Origin: Rhodothermales bacterium
Lineage (GTDB): Bacteria; Bacteroidota; Rhodothermia; Rhodothermales; Bin80
Length of the DNA: 64,000 nucleotides
Direction: 5' to 3'
Assembly (NCBI GenBank): GCA_965116685.1
Contig: OZ220707.1
Span: 1,446,566-1,510,565 of the forward strand
The translations under genes and the position numbers were made by a program. This document shows positions 34,982 through 44,591 of this stretch, piece by piece. The notes below the pieces were generated by a model. It saw only the letters and a list, made by a program, of their open reading frames with translations, made no database searches and was not told the DNA's origin. How positions within the stretch are numbered: position 1 is the first letter of the stretch; every line of letters begins with the position of its first letter.

Positions 34982-35044
34982 TGTGCCCGTGACCTAGACA
35001 ATATAATAACCCCAAGGCGTCTGCCTGCAATGGATGGCAAAAAT

Positions 35045-36139
35045 TCAGGACGACCGGAGTTCTCCGGTCTCACCAGAGAGACGAATCTCTTTCGTCGGCA
35101 TGATGGGCAGCGCCTGCTCTTCGGCCAGTTTCCGCACACATAGCAGGATCTCTTCCTGCGTCACCATAAACGCTGCAAAGTCCGTGGAGATGGTGAAGGC
35201 CTGGACCAGTACACTGAGTCCGCTGGTGTCCAGTTTCACGAGTTGAACCATGGTCCGATCGGCTTGAAGATCGGTTCGCTCTTCAAGCGAATGGCGAATT
35301 GAAGCGAGAAAATTCTCCAGCTGCGATGCAGTTGCCTCGTGGGAGAGGGTGACCTCAAAACGAACCCGGCGGCAGCCCCGCTTTGAAAGATTGCGGACTT
35401 CCGCAGTGGTGAAGATCTGGTTTGGGAGGATGGAGAGCGTATCATCGAACTGCCGAATCCGTGTGCTGCGAATCCCTACCTCCTCCACCGAACCTTCGAG
35501 CCCGTTGATCTCAACGACATCCCCAATCTGAAATGGCCGTTCACTGAAAATGACAACCGACCCGAATATATTCGCCAGCGTATCCTTTGCGGCAAAAGCG
35601 ATCGCGAGCCCTCCAATACTGAGGCTTGCAATCAGACCGGTGGCCGAATAGCCAAACTGCCCCAGGATCGCCGCAACCATAATCAGTGCCACTAAAAGCT
35701 TCACGGTATTGGTCACCGGAGCCACTAGTTGATCATCCAACTTTGTTTCTGTTTTTTCTGCCGCCCGCGCTACAATCGCTGCAAACACATCCACCACATG
35801 AAAAGCGCAGTAGGCAATCACCACAATCAGAGCCACCATCACTGCGGTGGTTGCCCATAGATGGATGTTCAGCGGCTGTTCTGGAAGGTTGAGAAGGCCA
35901 ACGACCCCATTCCAGAGTGCCACATTGATCAGGAAGCTGAGCGGTTTGGTGAGAAGTCGATTGACATCATTGACGATATTCGCATCCCCCTTCTTACTCA
36001 GGCGGCTCGTCACCCGGCGAAGCAATCGCCGCACCACATTTTGTGCCAGTAATCCCAACAGAGGAAGCACGGCGGCAACAATCAGTTGACCGATTGAAAT
36101 CCCCCACAGTACCTGTTCCGATAAAAAAGAAAGATTCAT
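35045..36139 (-). CDS. Mechanosensitive ion channel (MscS family)
   Basis: The MscS core is AFAAKDTLANIFGSVVIFSERPFQIGDVVEINGLEGSVEEVGIRSTRIRQFDDTLSILPN. The ATG at 36139 (MNLSFLSEQ) is preferred because 36214 would overlap the upstream gene. Confidence 0.88.
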   Translation of the reverse strand: MNLSFLSEQVLWGISIGQLIVAAVLPLLGLLAQNVVRRLLRRVTSRLSKKGDANIVNDVNRLLTKPLSFLINVALWNGVVGLLNLPEQPLNIHLWATTAVMVALIVVIAYCAFHVVDVFAAIVARAAEKTETKLDDQLVAPVTNTVKLLVALIMVAAILGQFGYSATGLIASLSIGGLAIAFAAKDTLANIFGSVVIFSERPFQIGDVVEINGLEGSVEEVGIRSTRIRQFDDTLSILPNQIFTTAEVRNLSKRGCRRVRFEVTLSHEATASQLENFLASIRHSLEERTDLQADRTMVQLVKLDTSGLSVLVQAFTISTDFAAFMVTQEEILLCVRKLAEEQALPIMPTKEIRLSGETGELRSS

Positions 36140-36143
36140 TTTA

Positions 36144-36830
36144 TTATTCCGTTTGATGGTTCGCAGGCAGGATACGTGTCCCTGCGCGAAGCAAGCCCGC
36201 ACTTTCGGGGCCATAATTAAGTATCAGATCCAGCACGGTCATGCCGGAGACAAACCCGGCAAACGCCTGACGGTAATCCGGCGCCGAAAAAACCAACCGC
36301 CGGACCGGGCAGGGTTCCGGGATCCCGGCAGGTGCCAGAAGCTCGGCCTCAGGCCAATAGGCCATGATGGCCTCCACCGTATCGGGAGATCCGTCTAATT
36401 CGGTCGCGGTGAGCATGGTTCCAGCCCCATTCATCCATTGGTAAACCAACCGGGTCGTTGCAACATTCAACCCTCCCAAATGTGTCCAATCCTGCAGATA
36501 CAGGGATTTGATGGAATCCTGATAATGATCAAAATAGGGAGCCTGGCTGTAATTGAACCGGATTGCTTTCCAATGGCGCTTCCGCCATCCTGGGACCGGG
36601 CGGATACGGATTAAATGCTGCGACCGACCATGCTGTCCGCCCTTCAAGGGCACCGAAACCCATTGCCATCCATCCGGGTTGCGCACGCGCATGCGGTTCT
36701 GCAATGACTGTCGACTATACTGAAACGTGTCTGCCAGGACAATAATATCTGCCGCCTGCATCAAGGCCGCAGATGCCAGAGTCGGCCAATACTCTGGAGG
36801 ACGTATACTTATGATTTGCCGGTTTACCAT
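36144..36830 (-). CDS. WbqC family protein
   Basis: ISIRPPEYWPTLASAALMQAADIIVLADTFQYSRQSLQNRMRVRNPDGWQWVSVPLKGG matches the WbqC-like family pattern. Confidence 0.8.
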   Translation of the reverse strand: MVNRQIISIRPPEYWPTLASAALMQAADIIVLADTFQYSRQSLQNRMRVRNPDGWQWVSVPLKGGQHGRSQHLIRIRPVPGWRKRHWKAIRFNYSQAPYFDHYQDSIKSLYLQDWTHLGGLNVATTRLVYQWMNGAGTMLTATELDGSPDTVEAIMAYWPEAELLAPAGIPEPCPVRRLVFSAPDYRQAFAGFVSGMTVLDLILNYGPESAGLLRAGTRILPANHQTE

Positions 36831-36895
36831 CTCAGTTCAACCATCTACCCAATGGCTCGTTTACGGTAGCGTTCTGTAGTCCGTTCACATAAATT

Positions 36896-37810
36896 ATGGC
36901 CTATCCCCCATTATGGCACCCCAGCCAAGCACTGGGTATTGTCGCGCCCGGAAGCGCGCCCCGCACTCCTGAAAAGCTGGAGTGCGGATTGAATGCACTG
37001 GCCGAAGATGGCTATCGGGTGCACTGGGATCCGGGTCAACTTGTACAACGCGGATACCTAAGCGGCTCCGATGCTGAGCGTGCTGCACAATTTCACCGGA
37101 CACTCACCCATACAAGACATTTGATCGCCGTTCGCGGGGGATATGGTTGCCTGCGAATCCTAGATCGGATTGATTACGCTACCGCGAAGCGCAGGCCAAG
37201 TGTGCTGATTGGATACAGCGACATCACCGCCTTGCAACTCTCGCTCTTCACCTGTGCAGGATGGCGATCCATCTCAGGACCCGTGGTTGTCGAGTGGGAT
37301 TCCATCTCTGCAACCATGAAAGAAGAGGTCCGGCATCTGCTTGAAGGACAGCTGCCTTTGCCAATCGAAGGATTAACGACCGTACGCAAAGGGCAGGGCA
37401 CCGGAACCCTACTGGGAGGAAATCTGTCCACGATTGCCAGAATGGTTGGCTCCAGATACCTGCCAGACCTGGAAGGAAAACTTCTGTTCATTGAAGATGT
37501 CAATGAAGCTCCCTACCGAATTGATGCACTCCTGACACAGCTGAAGAATGCTGGAATCTTAGAGGGACTTGGTGGTTTAATGATCGGTAACTTTACAGGG
37601 GATCAACCTCAGATGGACCAGGAAGCCGGAAGCATCGTGATTCAAACCATTCTTGACTGTGTTGATGAATATTCCTGGCCGGTTGTATCCGGGCTGGAGT
37701 ACGGGCATCTCCCCTCGCGTCGAATACTCCCTATCGGGGTATCTGCCAGATTGAGTGCAGATCCGAGTGGCGGGTGCCTTGAAATGTTGACCCCCATCGC
37801 TAAACCTTAA
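36896..37810 (+). CDS. ldcA: LD-carboxypeptidase (muramoyltetrapeptide carboxypeptidase, peptidase S66)
   Basis: The S66 motifs are AVRGGYGCLRILD and IGYSDITALQ (nucleophile Ser), plus the C-terminal GLEYGHLPSRRILPIG. Confidence 0.85.
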   Translation: MAYPPLWHPSQALGIVAPGSAPRTPEKLECGLNALAEDGYRVHWDPGQLVQRGYLSGSDAERAAQFHRTLTHTRHLIAVRGGYGCLRILDRIDYATAKRRPSVLIGYSDITALQLSLFTCAGWRSISGPVVVEWDSISATMKEEVRHLLEGQLPLPIEGLTTVRKGQGTGTLLGGNLSTIARMVGSRYLPDLEGKLLFIEDVNEAPYRIDALLTQLKNAGILEGLGGLMIGNFTGDQPQMDQEAGSIVIQTILDCVDEYSWPVVSGLEYGHLPSRRILPIGVSARLSADPSGGCLEMLTPIAKP

Positions 37811-37849
37811 CTTTTGCTCTATCCCTTGTATCCTTAAACGTTACTGTGT

Positions 37850-38476
37850 ATGGGTTTGCGTGTTGCCGTCTTTGCTTCCGGTGGTGGATCGAATTTTCAA
37901 GCACTGGTAGAGCATGCCCGTCAGTACCGCGTAGTCCTCCTGGTGTGTAATCGCCCCCAAGCCGGCGTATTGAGCCGGGCAAAAAATCTGGACATACCTT
38001 CACATATCCTATCTCCTCGTATCTTTGGGGATGAGAAGTCGTATGCCGATGCCGTTCTTGATCTGTTGCACAAAGAAAACATTGATTTGATTGCCCTGGC
38101 CGGTTACCTGTCCAAAGTCCCCACCCGAATTATCGAGGCGTTCCGGGGGCGAATCCTGAATATCCATCCTTCTCTTCTGCCACGCTTCGGCGGCAAAGGC
38201 TTTTACGGAAGCCGCGTCCACAAAGCAGTCCTTGAAGCGAAGGAAGCGTTCAGTGGTGCAACCGTTCATTTTGTGGACGAAGAATATGATACTGGACCGA
38301 TTCTGCTCCAGAAAAAGGTCCCTGTACATGCTGATGATACATCGGACTCTCTGGCTGCACGCGTCTTGAGCGTGGAGCATCAGCTTTTTCCCGAAGCAAT
38401 TCACCTGATTGCACAAGGGCGTGTCCTAATTCAGGGCCGGCACGTTGCGATCATTCCCCACATTGATGACCATTAA
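37850..38476 (+). CDS. purN: Phosphoribosylglycinamide formyltransferase
   Basis: VAVFASGGGSNFQAL..., LIALAGYLSKVP, ILNIHPSLLPRFGGKG and SGATVHFVDEEYDTGPI are classic PurN motifs. Confidence 0.93.
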   Translation: MGLRVAVFASGGGSNFQALVEHARQYRVVLLVCNRPQAGVLSRAKNLDIPSHILSPRIFGDEKSYADAVLDLLHKENIDLIALAGYLSKVPTRIIEAFRGRILNIHPSLLPRFGGKGFYGSRVHKAVLEAKEAFSGATVHFVDEEYDTGPILLQKKVPVHADDTSDSLAARVLSVEHQLFPEAIHLIAQGRVLIQGRHVAIIPHIDDH

Positions 38477-40034
38477 ACCTCTGAAGCTACCCATACCTGA
38501 TCAGGTGCGCCCCCACCGTGCCCTGTTATCAGTATTCGACAAAAAGGGACTCGTCCCGTTTGCCAGAGGGCTCCAGAATCATGGAATCCTGCTCGTATCT
38601 TCCGGGGGCACCGCTACTCACCTGCGTAAAGCCGGTCTGGATGTTACGGACGTTGCAGACATTACAAGAGCTCCGTCGATGCTTGGGGGACGTGTAAAGA
38701 CCCTCCATCCGGCAATCCACGGAGGAATCCTCGCCAGACGGAATGCAGAAACCGACATGGAGGATCTCGCGAAGCACCGGATTGAACCCTTTGATCTTGT
38801 CGTTGTCAATCTGTACCCCTTTACGGAAGCCGTCCAACGCCCCTATGTGGACGATGCCATTGCCGCAGAAAACATTGACATCGGGGGACCTGCCATGATC
38901 CGGGCCGCAGCAAAGAATTTTGTCCATGTTACGGTCATCACATCTCCAGACGAGTACCCGACCATCCTGGACTCCCTGGATGACGCAGATGGGCACCTTC
39001 ACCTTTCACTTCGGCGCCAGCTCGCACACTCCGCATTCGCCAAAACGGCGGCGTATGATCGTGCGATTGCCGCCTACTTTGCGGGGGAGCCTGATGAAAC
39101 TTTGCCAAGTCAACTGAGCCTGCGGCTTCCCCGCACCAGCGTGCTTCGCTATGGGGAAAATCCGCACCAGGAAGCGGCCTTCTACGGTAATCCGAAAGAG
39201 TTTTTTACCAAGCTTCATGGAAAAAGTCTTTCGTATAATAACCTGATTGATCTTGATGCAGCGCTCGCACTCATCCAGGAGTTTATGAATGAAGATCCAA
39301 CGGTCGCAATCCTCAAGCATACTAATCCCTGTGGCGTATCCAGTGCAGACACACTCGTGCAGGCCTGGGATCGGGCATTGGCAACGGACCGGCAATCTCC
39401 GTTTGGTGGCATCGTCGTTATGAATCAGACCTGTACGCTTGCGTTCGCGAAAGCTATTGATCCTATCTTCCTGGAATTGGTCATCGCTCCATCCTTTGAT
39501 AAGGATGCGCTGGCATGGCTTCGGAAGAAAAAAAATCGTAGACTGATTCAGTTCAACCCCACATCCACCAGTACGTATCAACTCCGCCGCGCACTGGGCG
39601 GTATCCTCTGCCAGACCACAGACCTATTGGCTGGAAATGACCCGCTAACAACGGTTACGGATCGCGCACCGACCGAATCTGAACTTCGGGATCTGATCTT
39701 TGCCTGGCGAGTGGCCAAGCATGTAAAGAGTAATGCCATTGTATATGCAAAAGAACGACAAACACTGGGGATTGGGGCCGGGCAGATGAGCCGGATTGAC
39801 GCCTCCGAGATTGCCGTGTCCAAAGGAGCAAAGTCCAGATTGAACTTTGAAGGATGCGTGGTCGCTTCGGATGCATTCTTCCCCTTCCCGGACGGATTGC
39901 TTGCAGCAGCGGACAGTGGTGCAGTCGCCGCCGTGCAACCAGGTGGCTCCATACGGGATGACGAAGTGATCGCAGCCGCAAATGAACGCAAAATGGCGAT
40001 GGTGTTTACCGGGAAGAGACACTTCAGACACTAA
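38466..40034 (+). CDS. purH: Bifunctional AICAR transformylase / IMP cyclohydrolase
   Basis: RALLSVFDKKGL, SSGGTATHL, GGRVKTLHPAIHGGILARR, NIDIGGPAMIRAAAKN and the C-terminal GKRHFRH are present. The ATG at 38466 overlaps the purN stop. Confidence 0.95.
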   Translation: MTIKPLKLPIPDQVRPHRALLSVFDKKGLVPFARGLQNHGILLVSSGGTATHLRKAGLDVTDVADITRAPSMLGGRVKTLHPAIHGGILARRNAETDMEDLAKHRIEPFDLVVVNLYPFTEAVQRPYVDDAIAAENIDIGGPAMIRAAAKNFVHVTVITSPDEYPTILDSLDDADGHLHLSLRRQLAHSAFAKTAAYDRAIAAYFAGEPDETLPSQLSLRLPRTSVLRYGENPHQEAAFYGNPKEFFTKLHGKSLSYNNLIDLDAALALIQEFMNEDPTVAILKHTNPCGVSSADTLVQAWDRALATDRQSPFGGIVVMNQTCTLAFAKAIDPIFLELVIAPSFDKDALAWLRKKKNRRLIQFNPTSTSTYQLRRALGGILCQTTDLLAGNDPLTTVTDRAPTESELRDLIFAWRVAKHVKSNAIVYAKERQTLGIGAGQMSRIDASEIAVSKGAKSRLNFEGCVVASDAFFPFPDGLLAAADSGAVAAVQPGGSIRDDEVIAAANERKMAMVFTGKRHFRH

Positions 40035-40083
40035 CGATAATAGACGTATCTTTCAAGGTACACAATCCAACTAGGAACGGCCG

Positions 40084-41094
40084 ATGGGCTTCTATAATTT
40101 TTATACCGATGTGGCGGTCGACTTGGGCACAGCCAATACCCTAGTCTATGTGAAAGGACAGGGAATCGTCCTCAGTGAAGCCAGTATTGTTGCATATGAC
40201 CGTAGCACCGAGAAAGTGCTTGCCATTGGGAACGGTGCATTAACCATGCATGAAAAAACGCACAAGGATATTGAAACCGTGCGTCCCCTGAAGGATGGGG
40301 TCATTGCAGATTTTGAGATGGCTGAACAATTGATCCGCGGCCTGACCCGAAAAGTACAGACCGGATGGATCAAAACCATTCGTCAGATGGTGATCTGCAT
40401 CCCCAGCGGAATTACGGAGGTCGAAAAGCGTGCCGTCCGGGATAGCGCTCAGCATGTCGGCGCACGGAAAGTCTACCTGATCTCGGAACCAATGGCCGCC
40501 GCCATCGGCATCGGACTGACAGTGCATGAACCGATTGGAAATATGATCGTGGATATTGGAGGAGGCACGACCGAAATTGCAGTCATCGCACTCGGTGGGA
40601 TCGTGGTTGATCAATCCGTGCGCGTGGGGGGCAATGCCATTGATGCGGCGATCCTGTCCCACTTCAAACGCTACCATAACCTGATAATCGGGCAACGAAC
40701 TTCGGAGCGGATCAAGAAAGAAATCGGAAGCACCATCGTCATGGAGCCGGAAATGGAATTGTCTATCAAAGGACAGGATTCAAGCACTGGCATGCCGAAA
40801 GTACATTCCACGACCTCTCAGGAAGTACGCAACTCGATCTCACAGGTGATCGACAATATCAATTCGGCGGTGGTCCAGTGCCTGGAAAAAACACCCCCCG
40901 AACTGGGATCCGATATTCTTGAACGAGGAATTATGCTCACTGGAGGGGGAGCGCTCCTGCATGGAATGGACCATTATATCAGCAACCGTGTAGACATTCC
41001 TGTCTATGTTGCAGAAGATCCTCTTACCGCTGTGGTACGCGGAACCGGTAAAATTCTGGAAGATGTATCCCAGTACGCTGATGTTCTACTGTGA
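40084..41094 (+). CDS. mreB: Rod shape-determining protein MreB
   Basis: VAVDLGTANTLVYVKGQGIVLSEAS, PLKDGVIADFEMAE and MIVDIGGGTTEIAVIALGGIV are actin-fold MreB motifs. Confidence 0.95.
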   Translation: MGFYNFYTDVAVDLGTANTLVYVKGQGIVLSEASIVAYDRSTEKVLAIGNGALTMHEKTHKDIETVRPLKDGVIADFEMAEQLIRGLTRKVQTGWIKTIRQMVICIPSGITEVEKRAVRDSAQHVGARKVYLISEPMAAAIGIGLTVHEPIGNMIVDIGGGTTEIAVIALGGIVVDQSVRVGGNAIDAAILSHFKRYHNLIIGQRTSERIKKEIGSTIVMEPEMELSIKGQDSSTGMPKVHSTTSQEVRNSISQVIDNINSAVVQCLEKTPPELGSDILERGIMLTGGGALLHGMDHYISNRVDIPVYVAEDPLTAVVRGTGKILEDVSQYADVLL

Positions 41095-41180
41095 CCTTAC
41101 TCCACAGCTGATCCAGACTTCGCGTTGCGGTCTGACCACGCCATATGATTTCTGGCTATTCTGCCAATTTTATAAAAAGT

Positions 41181-41362
41181 GACTCTCCCGTTTTACGTGT
41201 GAGTTGAACGTTTTTGAAAACCTACTGGATTGGATGCAAACCCAGTCCTCCGAGGTCGAAGTAAGTTGCATTTTCACACCGCTTTTGGTTACGGAAGCCA
41301 TGTGCGCACACTTTGACCGATTTGATCCGGCTGTTTATACTTTCGGCGAGGCAATGGCTGAC
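41181..41362 (-). pseudogene. Relic of a second, diverged ISL3-family element (terminal repeat plus last ~46 transposase codons)
   Basis: GACTCTCCCGTTTTACGTGTGAG resembles the IS end GGCTCTTCGCTTTTACGTGTGGG. The minus-strand translation of 41362..41222 is VSHCLAESINSRIKSVKVCAHGFRNQKRCENATYFDLGGLGLHPIQ*. The intact IS reads VSNGPAESINSRIKSVKIRARGFRNKQRFTNAIYFYLGGLDLYP. Upstream codons are decayed. Confidence 0.8.
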
Positions 41363-41468
41363 CTTCCTTTAGTGGGCATCCATAACATCACTTGGATTGA
41401 TACCATGCCCGTTGAGGGAGTAAACGAAAGAGAATACTGGTTTCCAGCACAGAGGGATTACTTGCCGA

Positions 41469-41966
41469 TTGCTCCCCGGTAAGCAGTTGATCACAAGGAA
41501 ACTGGCTGGATTCGCTGGAGCCTGTAGGTTCGTATGGAATACGATGCTGAAAAAACAGGATGAGGCGTATATCAAGGCAACGGAAAATGGACAGAAACCA
41601 CCATCCACGGACTTCTTTTCTTTGGGAAAGCAGTCCACTACATTTACAAGCTTGTACTACACCAGTCAAATATGTAATTTCTGCGGGTATATCTTGAGGA
41701 AGAATCGAAAAACACAAAGCAAGTTCAAGTGTATGTCCGGTGGACATGGGGATCATGCAGATCCTGAACGTGGCTGCAAATATATTGGCCTCCAGGATTG
41801 GGGCTGCTGCACAGCGAAAGGCGTTCGGGTTACCGACCTCTATGATCTGGGAAATGGATACAATGGATGCCTCGTAATGCTGGGTATTCTCGTATCTAAT
41901 TCCCAAAGAAAACATGTGTGCAACCCGTACGTTTTTTTTTTATCAGGTTTTCTTAGGATTCAGTAA
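41469..41966 (+). pseudogene. TnpB (IS200/IS605-family OrfB) remnant with large internal deletion
   Basis: The N-terminal TnpB-like segment KQLITRKLAGFAGACRFVWNTML joins directly to the C-terminal zinc-finger region YYTSQICNFCGY...RKTQSKFKCMSGGHGDHAD. Only 165 aa remain, against roughly 400 aa for an intact TnpB. The RuvC core is missing and one Zn Cys is replaced. Confidence 0.65.
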
Positions 41967-42124
41967 ATTCAACCGTACCGTAGCTTTCAAATCATATCCG
42001 AATCCACAATACTGCTTCCCGTGTCTCGACTTCCTCTATTTCGCCTGACTCACATGGGAGGTTCCGAGTTAACCCTTTACGCAAATGGCAGTAAAACCTG
42101 ACTTCTTCTTAACCATGAGATGGG

Positions 42125-42940
42125 ATGATTGACCTGCTGCTTCGCCTACGTGCATTCATCCTTCTGTTCATTCTGCTTGCCGTCTCCTCCTTCGCCATGG
42201 CAAACGCGAATCGCTCCCTCATGAGAGGCATTCGTGCACAGACCCTGAAAATTGTTGGAGCCGTTGAGTATCAGATCAGTTGGGCTGCGGAGATCCCACG
42301 CTCCCTGCGTGAAAATCAGCAACTGCGGGATTCCAATCTACGTTTGACGCACGAAATCAATCGATTATGGATTGCCGAACGCGAGAATAAAGACCTGCGG
42401 GAGGCACTGGGTTGGAAACGTAGCAACGAATTCGAGACGGTTGCTGGTCGCATCATTGCACGTGAACCCTTCGGAGTCACCAATTTTTTTACCCTGGATG
42501 TGGGGCGTGCACAGGGAGTTGATATGGATATGGCCGTGATCAGCCAGAAGGGAATACTGGGGCGGATTGTTCAGGTCAGCCAGAATTACAGTGAGGTCAT
42601 GCCCTATCTGCATTCACAGTTTCATGTCCCCGTCATGATTGCCCCCCTCGGTGCAGTTGGCATCGTTTTGGGGCAGACCAGTACCCCGGACTCGTTGACC
42701 CTCAGTAATATTGTGAAGACAGAGAATGTCCAGATCGGCCAGCGCGTGATCACGCATGACGCCAGCGAAGTCTTCCCACCAAATATTCCCGTCGGCACAA
42801 TCACCGCCTATCGGATACAGCAGGGAAGTAATTTCTGGGAGATTCGCATTCAGCCTGCCGCCCCCCTGCACACCTCCCACTTCGCATTTGTTGTCCTTCG
42901 CCACTCAGGCCAACTGCAAACCACAGACTCGGCCGAATAA
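42125..42940 (+). CDS. mreC: Rod shape-determining protein MreC
   Basis: It has an N-terminal TM helix and a coiled-coil with ENQQLRDSNLRLTHEINRL. Beta-rich domains follow with GILGRIVQVSQNYSEVMPYL and IPVGTITAY. Confidence 0.88.
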   Translation: MIDLLLRLRAFILLFILLAVSSFAMANANRSLMRGIRAQTLKIVGAVEYQISWAAEIPRSLRENQQLRDSNLRLTHEINRLWIAERENKDLREALGWKRSNEFETVAGRIIAREPFGVTNFFTLDVGRAQGVDMDMAVISQKGILGRIVQVSQNYSEVMPYLHSQFHVPVMIAPLGAVGIVLGQTSTPDSLTLSNIVKTENVQIGQRVITHDASEVFPPNIPVGTITAYRIQQGSNFWEIRIQPAAPLHTSHFAFVVLRHSGQLQTTDSAE

Positions 42941-42943
42941 TCC

Positions 42944-44416
42944 ATGAAGCGTATGCGCCCCTTAATCTATCTGATTGCGTTGCTGCTCCCCAGTAATTTC
43001 TGCAAAGCACAAAGTGCACTGGATTCGGTTCTCGACACTCGCCCACATGCATGGTGGGGAAGCATGGTGGTGGAAGTGGCTTCAGGAGACATTCTTTTCG
43101 CTCGCAATGCGGCACGCAGCTTTATTCCTGCTTCGGTTACCAAGTTGTTCACAACTGCAGCGGTACTGGATCAGCTGGGCCCCGACTACCGCTATGTAAC
43201 CAGACTCTATACAGAGGGGACGCAAACTGGAGGAATTCTGGAGGGAAACCTGATCGTGCGAGGAGCAGGAGATCCCTCCACGGGGGCTGCTGGAGATGAC
43301 TGGATGAATCTTTTTCATGCATTCGCTGACTCCCTGCTGGTTCTCGGGATCCAGGAAGTGCGTGGAGACCTCATCGGGGACGACAATGTGTTTGATGATG
43401 TGCCGCTTGGCGCAGACTGGAGTTGGGAGGATCTGGTTTATGGATATGCTGCACAAATCAGTGGATTGACGTTTTACGACGCCGTTGTAGATCTGCATGC
43501 CTATCCAACCAGACCAGGGGCCAGAGGAGAACTGTCCCTTACCCCTGATTCGGGAATCTTTCTGATGGTTGACAACCAGACGCTTACCCTCCCACCGGGA
43601 CAAGAACTCGTTGAAGGGCATACCCGTATCCCTGGATCAAACCAGATTATTGTATCCAGCCAGGTGCCGGTTGGACACTCAGACCCTGAGGCAGTCACAG
43701 TCCATAACCCGACTCTTTATTTTTTGCATGGGCTCTACACGGTCCTCGCGTCCCGAAATATTCATGTCCATGGGCAACTCCTTGATGTGGATGATCTGCC
43801 CTTGGATCCCGACTACTCGGCGGCCCGCGTGATTGCGAGCCATACCTCGGCTCCGTTATCTGAGTTGGTGGCGACCGTGAATAAGGAGAGTCACAACCTG
43901 TATGCCGAGCACTTACTGAAGACACTCGGGCGCGAACGTCTGGAACCCGGCAATTTTGAACCAGGTTCGGCAGCGATGGGCATTGAAGCCAGTATGCGAA
44001 CCTATGAAAATGCGCAGATCGAAACGGATCGGTTGCAGCTGGTGGACGGCTCCGGGCTCTCCCGCAAGAATCTGATCACTCCGGCAATGACCATCGCACT
44101 GCTTCGCTACATGGCCTTACACCCTAACCCGGAGGTTCGCGACGTTTTTCTCTCTTCGCTGGCCGTTGGTGGGCAGGACGGCACCCTCGAACACCGGTTT
44201 ATCCGAAATTCCCCTGGCTATGGGCGTGTACGCGCGAAGACCGGAACGCTCGGCAATGTGAACTCCCTTGCAGGATACCTCACGCAGAACGATGGATCCC
44301 TGTTGGCATTTGTAATTTTTGCAAATCATTTTCAAGGACGTCATGCGGCGATTCGCGAAATTCAGGAATCATTCATCAATGAATTGATTGATCTCCCCTC
44401 CGAAAGGAACAACTAA
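42944..44416 (+). CDS. dacB: D-alanyl-D-alanine carboxypeptidase/endopeptidase (PBP4, peptidase S13)
   Basis: It has a signal peptide. The SxxK motif is PASVTKLFTTAAVLD, SxN is ESHNLYAE and KTG is RAKTGTLGNVNSLAGY. Confidence 0.88.
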   Translation: MKRMRPLIYLIALLLPSNFCKAQSALDSVLDTRPHAWWGSMVVEVASGDILFARNAARSFIPASVTKLFTTAAVLDQLGPDYRYVTRLYTEGTQTGGILEGNLIVRGAGDPSTGAAGDDWMNLFHAFADSLLVLGIQEVRGDLIGDDNVFDDVPLGADWSWEDLVYGYAAQISGLTFYDAVVDLHAYPTRPGARGELSLTPDSGIFLMVDNQTLTLPPGQELVEGHTRIPGSNQIIVSSQVPVGHSDPEAVTVHNPTLYFLHGLYTVLASRNIHVHGQLLDVDDLPLDPDYSAARVIASHTSAPLSELVATVNKESHNLYAEHLLKTLGRERLEPGNFEPGSAAMGIEASMRTYENAQIETDRLQLVDGSGLSRKNLITPAMTIALLRYMALHPNPEVRDVFLSSLAVGGQDGTLEHRFIRNSPGYGRVRAKTGTLGNVNSLAGYLTQNDGSLLAFVIFANHFQGRHAAIREIQESFINELIDLPSERNN

Positions 44417-44591
44417 GCATGTTGCCCATACTACGCAGGCACCGGGGACCGAATACTGAAACCTCTCTATTGCCCCCGACTATATTAATTAGAGTCATGA
44501 AAACCTGACGCATAGGATTTAGGTGTCAGTGAAGTTGTAGCGTGCATCTGGCACGTCCTTCAGTTACATATTTATTATCTAGAATTCTCGA

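Noticed and set aside
38529-40031. Minus-strand ORFs across purH (38529..39002, 39006..39581, 39578..39991, 39645..40031).
   Set aside because: They are antisense to a textbook purH and have no features of real proteins.
41204-41482. 92-aa plus-strand ORF right after mreB.
   Set aside because: It is the antisense shadow of the ISL3 transposase relic, and the minus strand gives the recognisable AESINSRIKSVK...GFRN motif.
41933-41942. T10 homopolymer, considered as an intrinsic terminator for the TnpB remnant or for mreB read-through.
   Set aside because: It is not preceded by a stable GC hairpin; only the short self-complementary CGTACG is present. I mention it only as part of the debris region.
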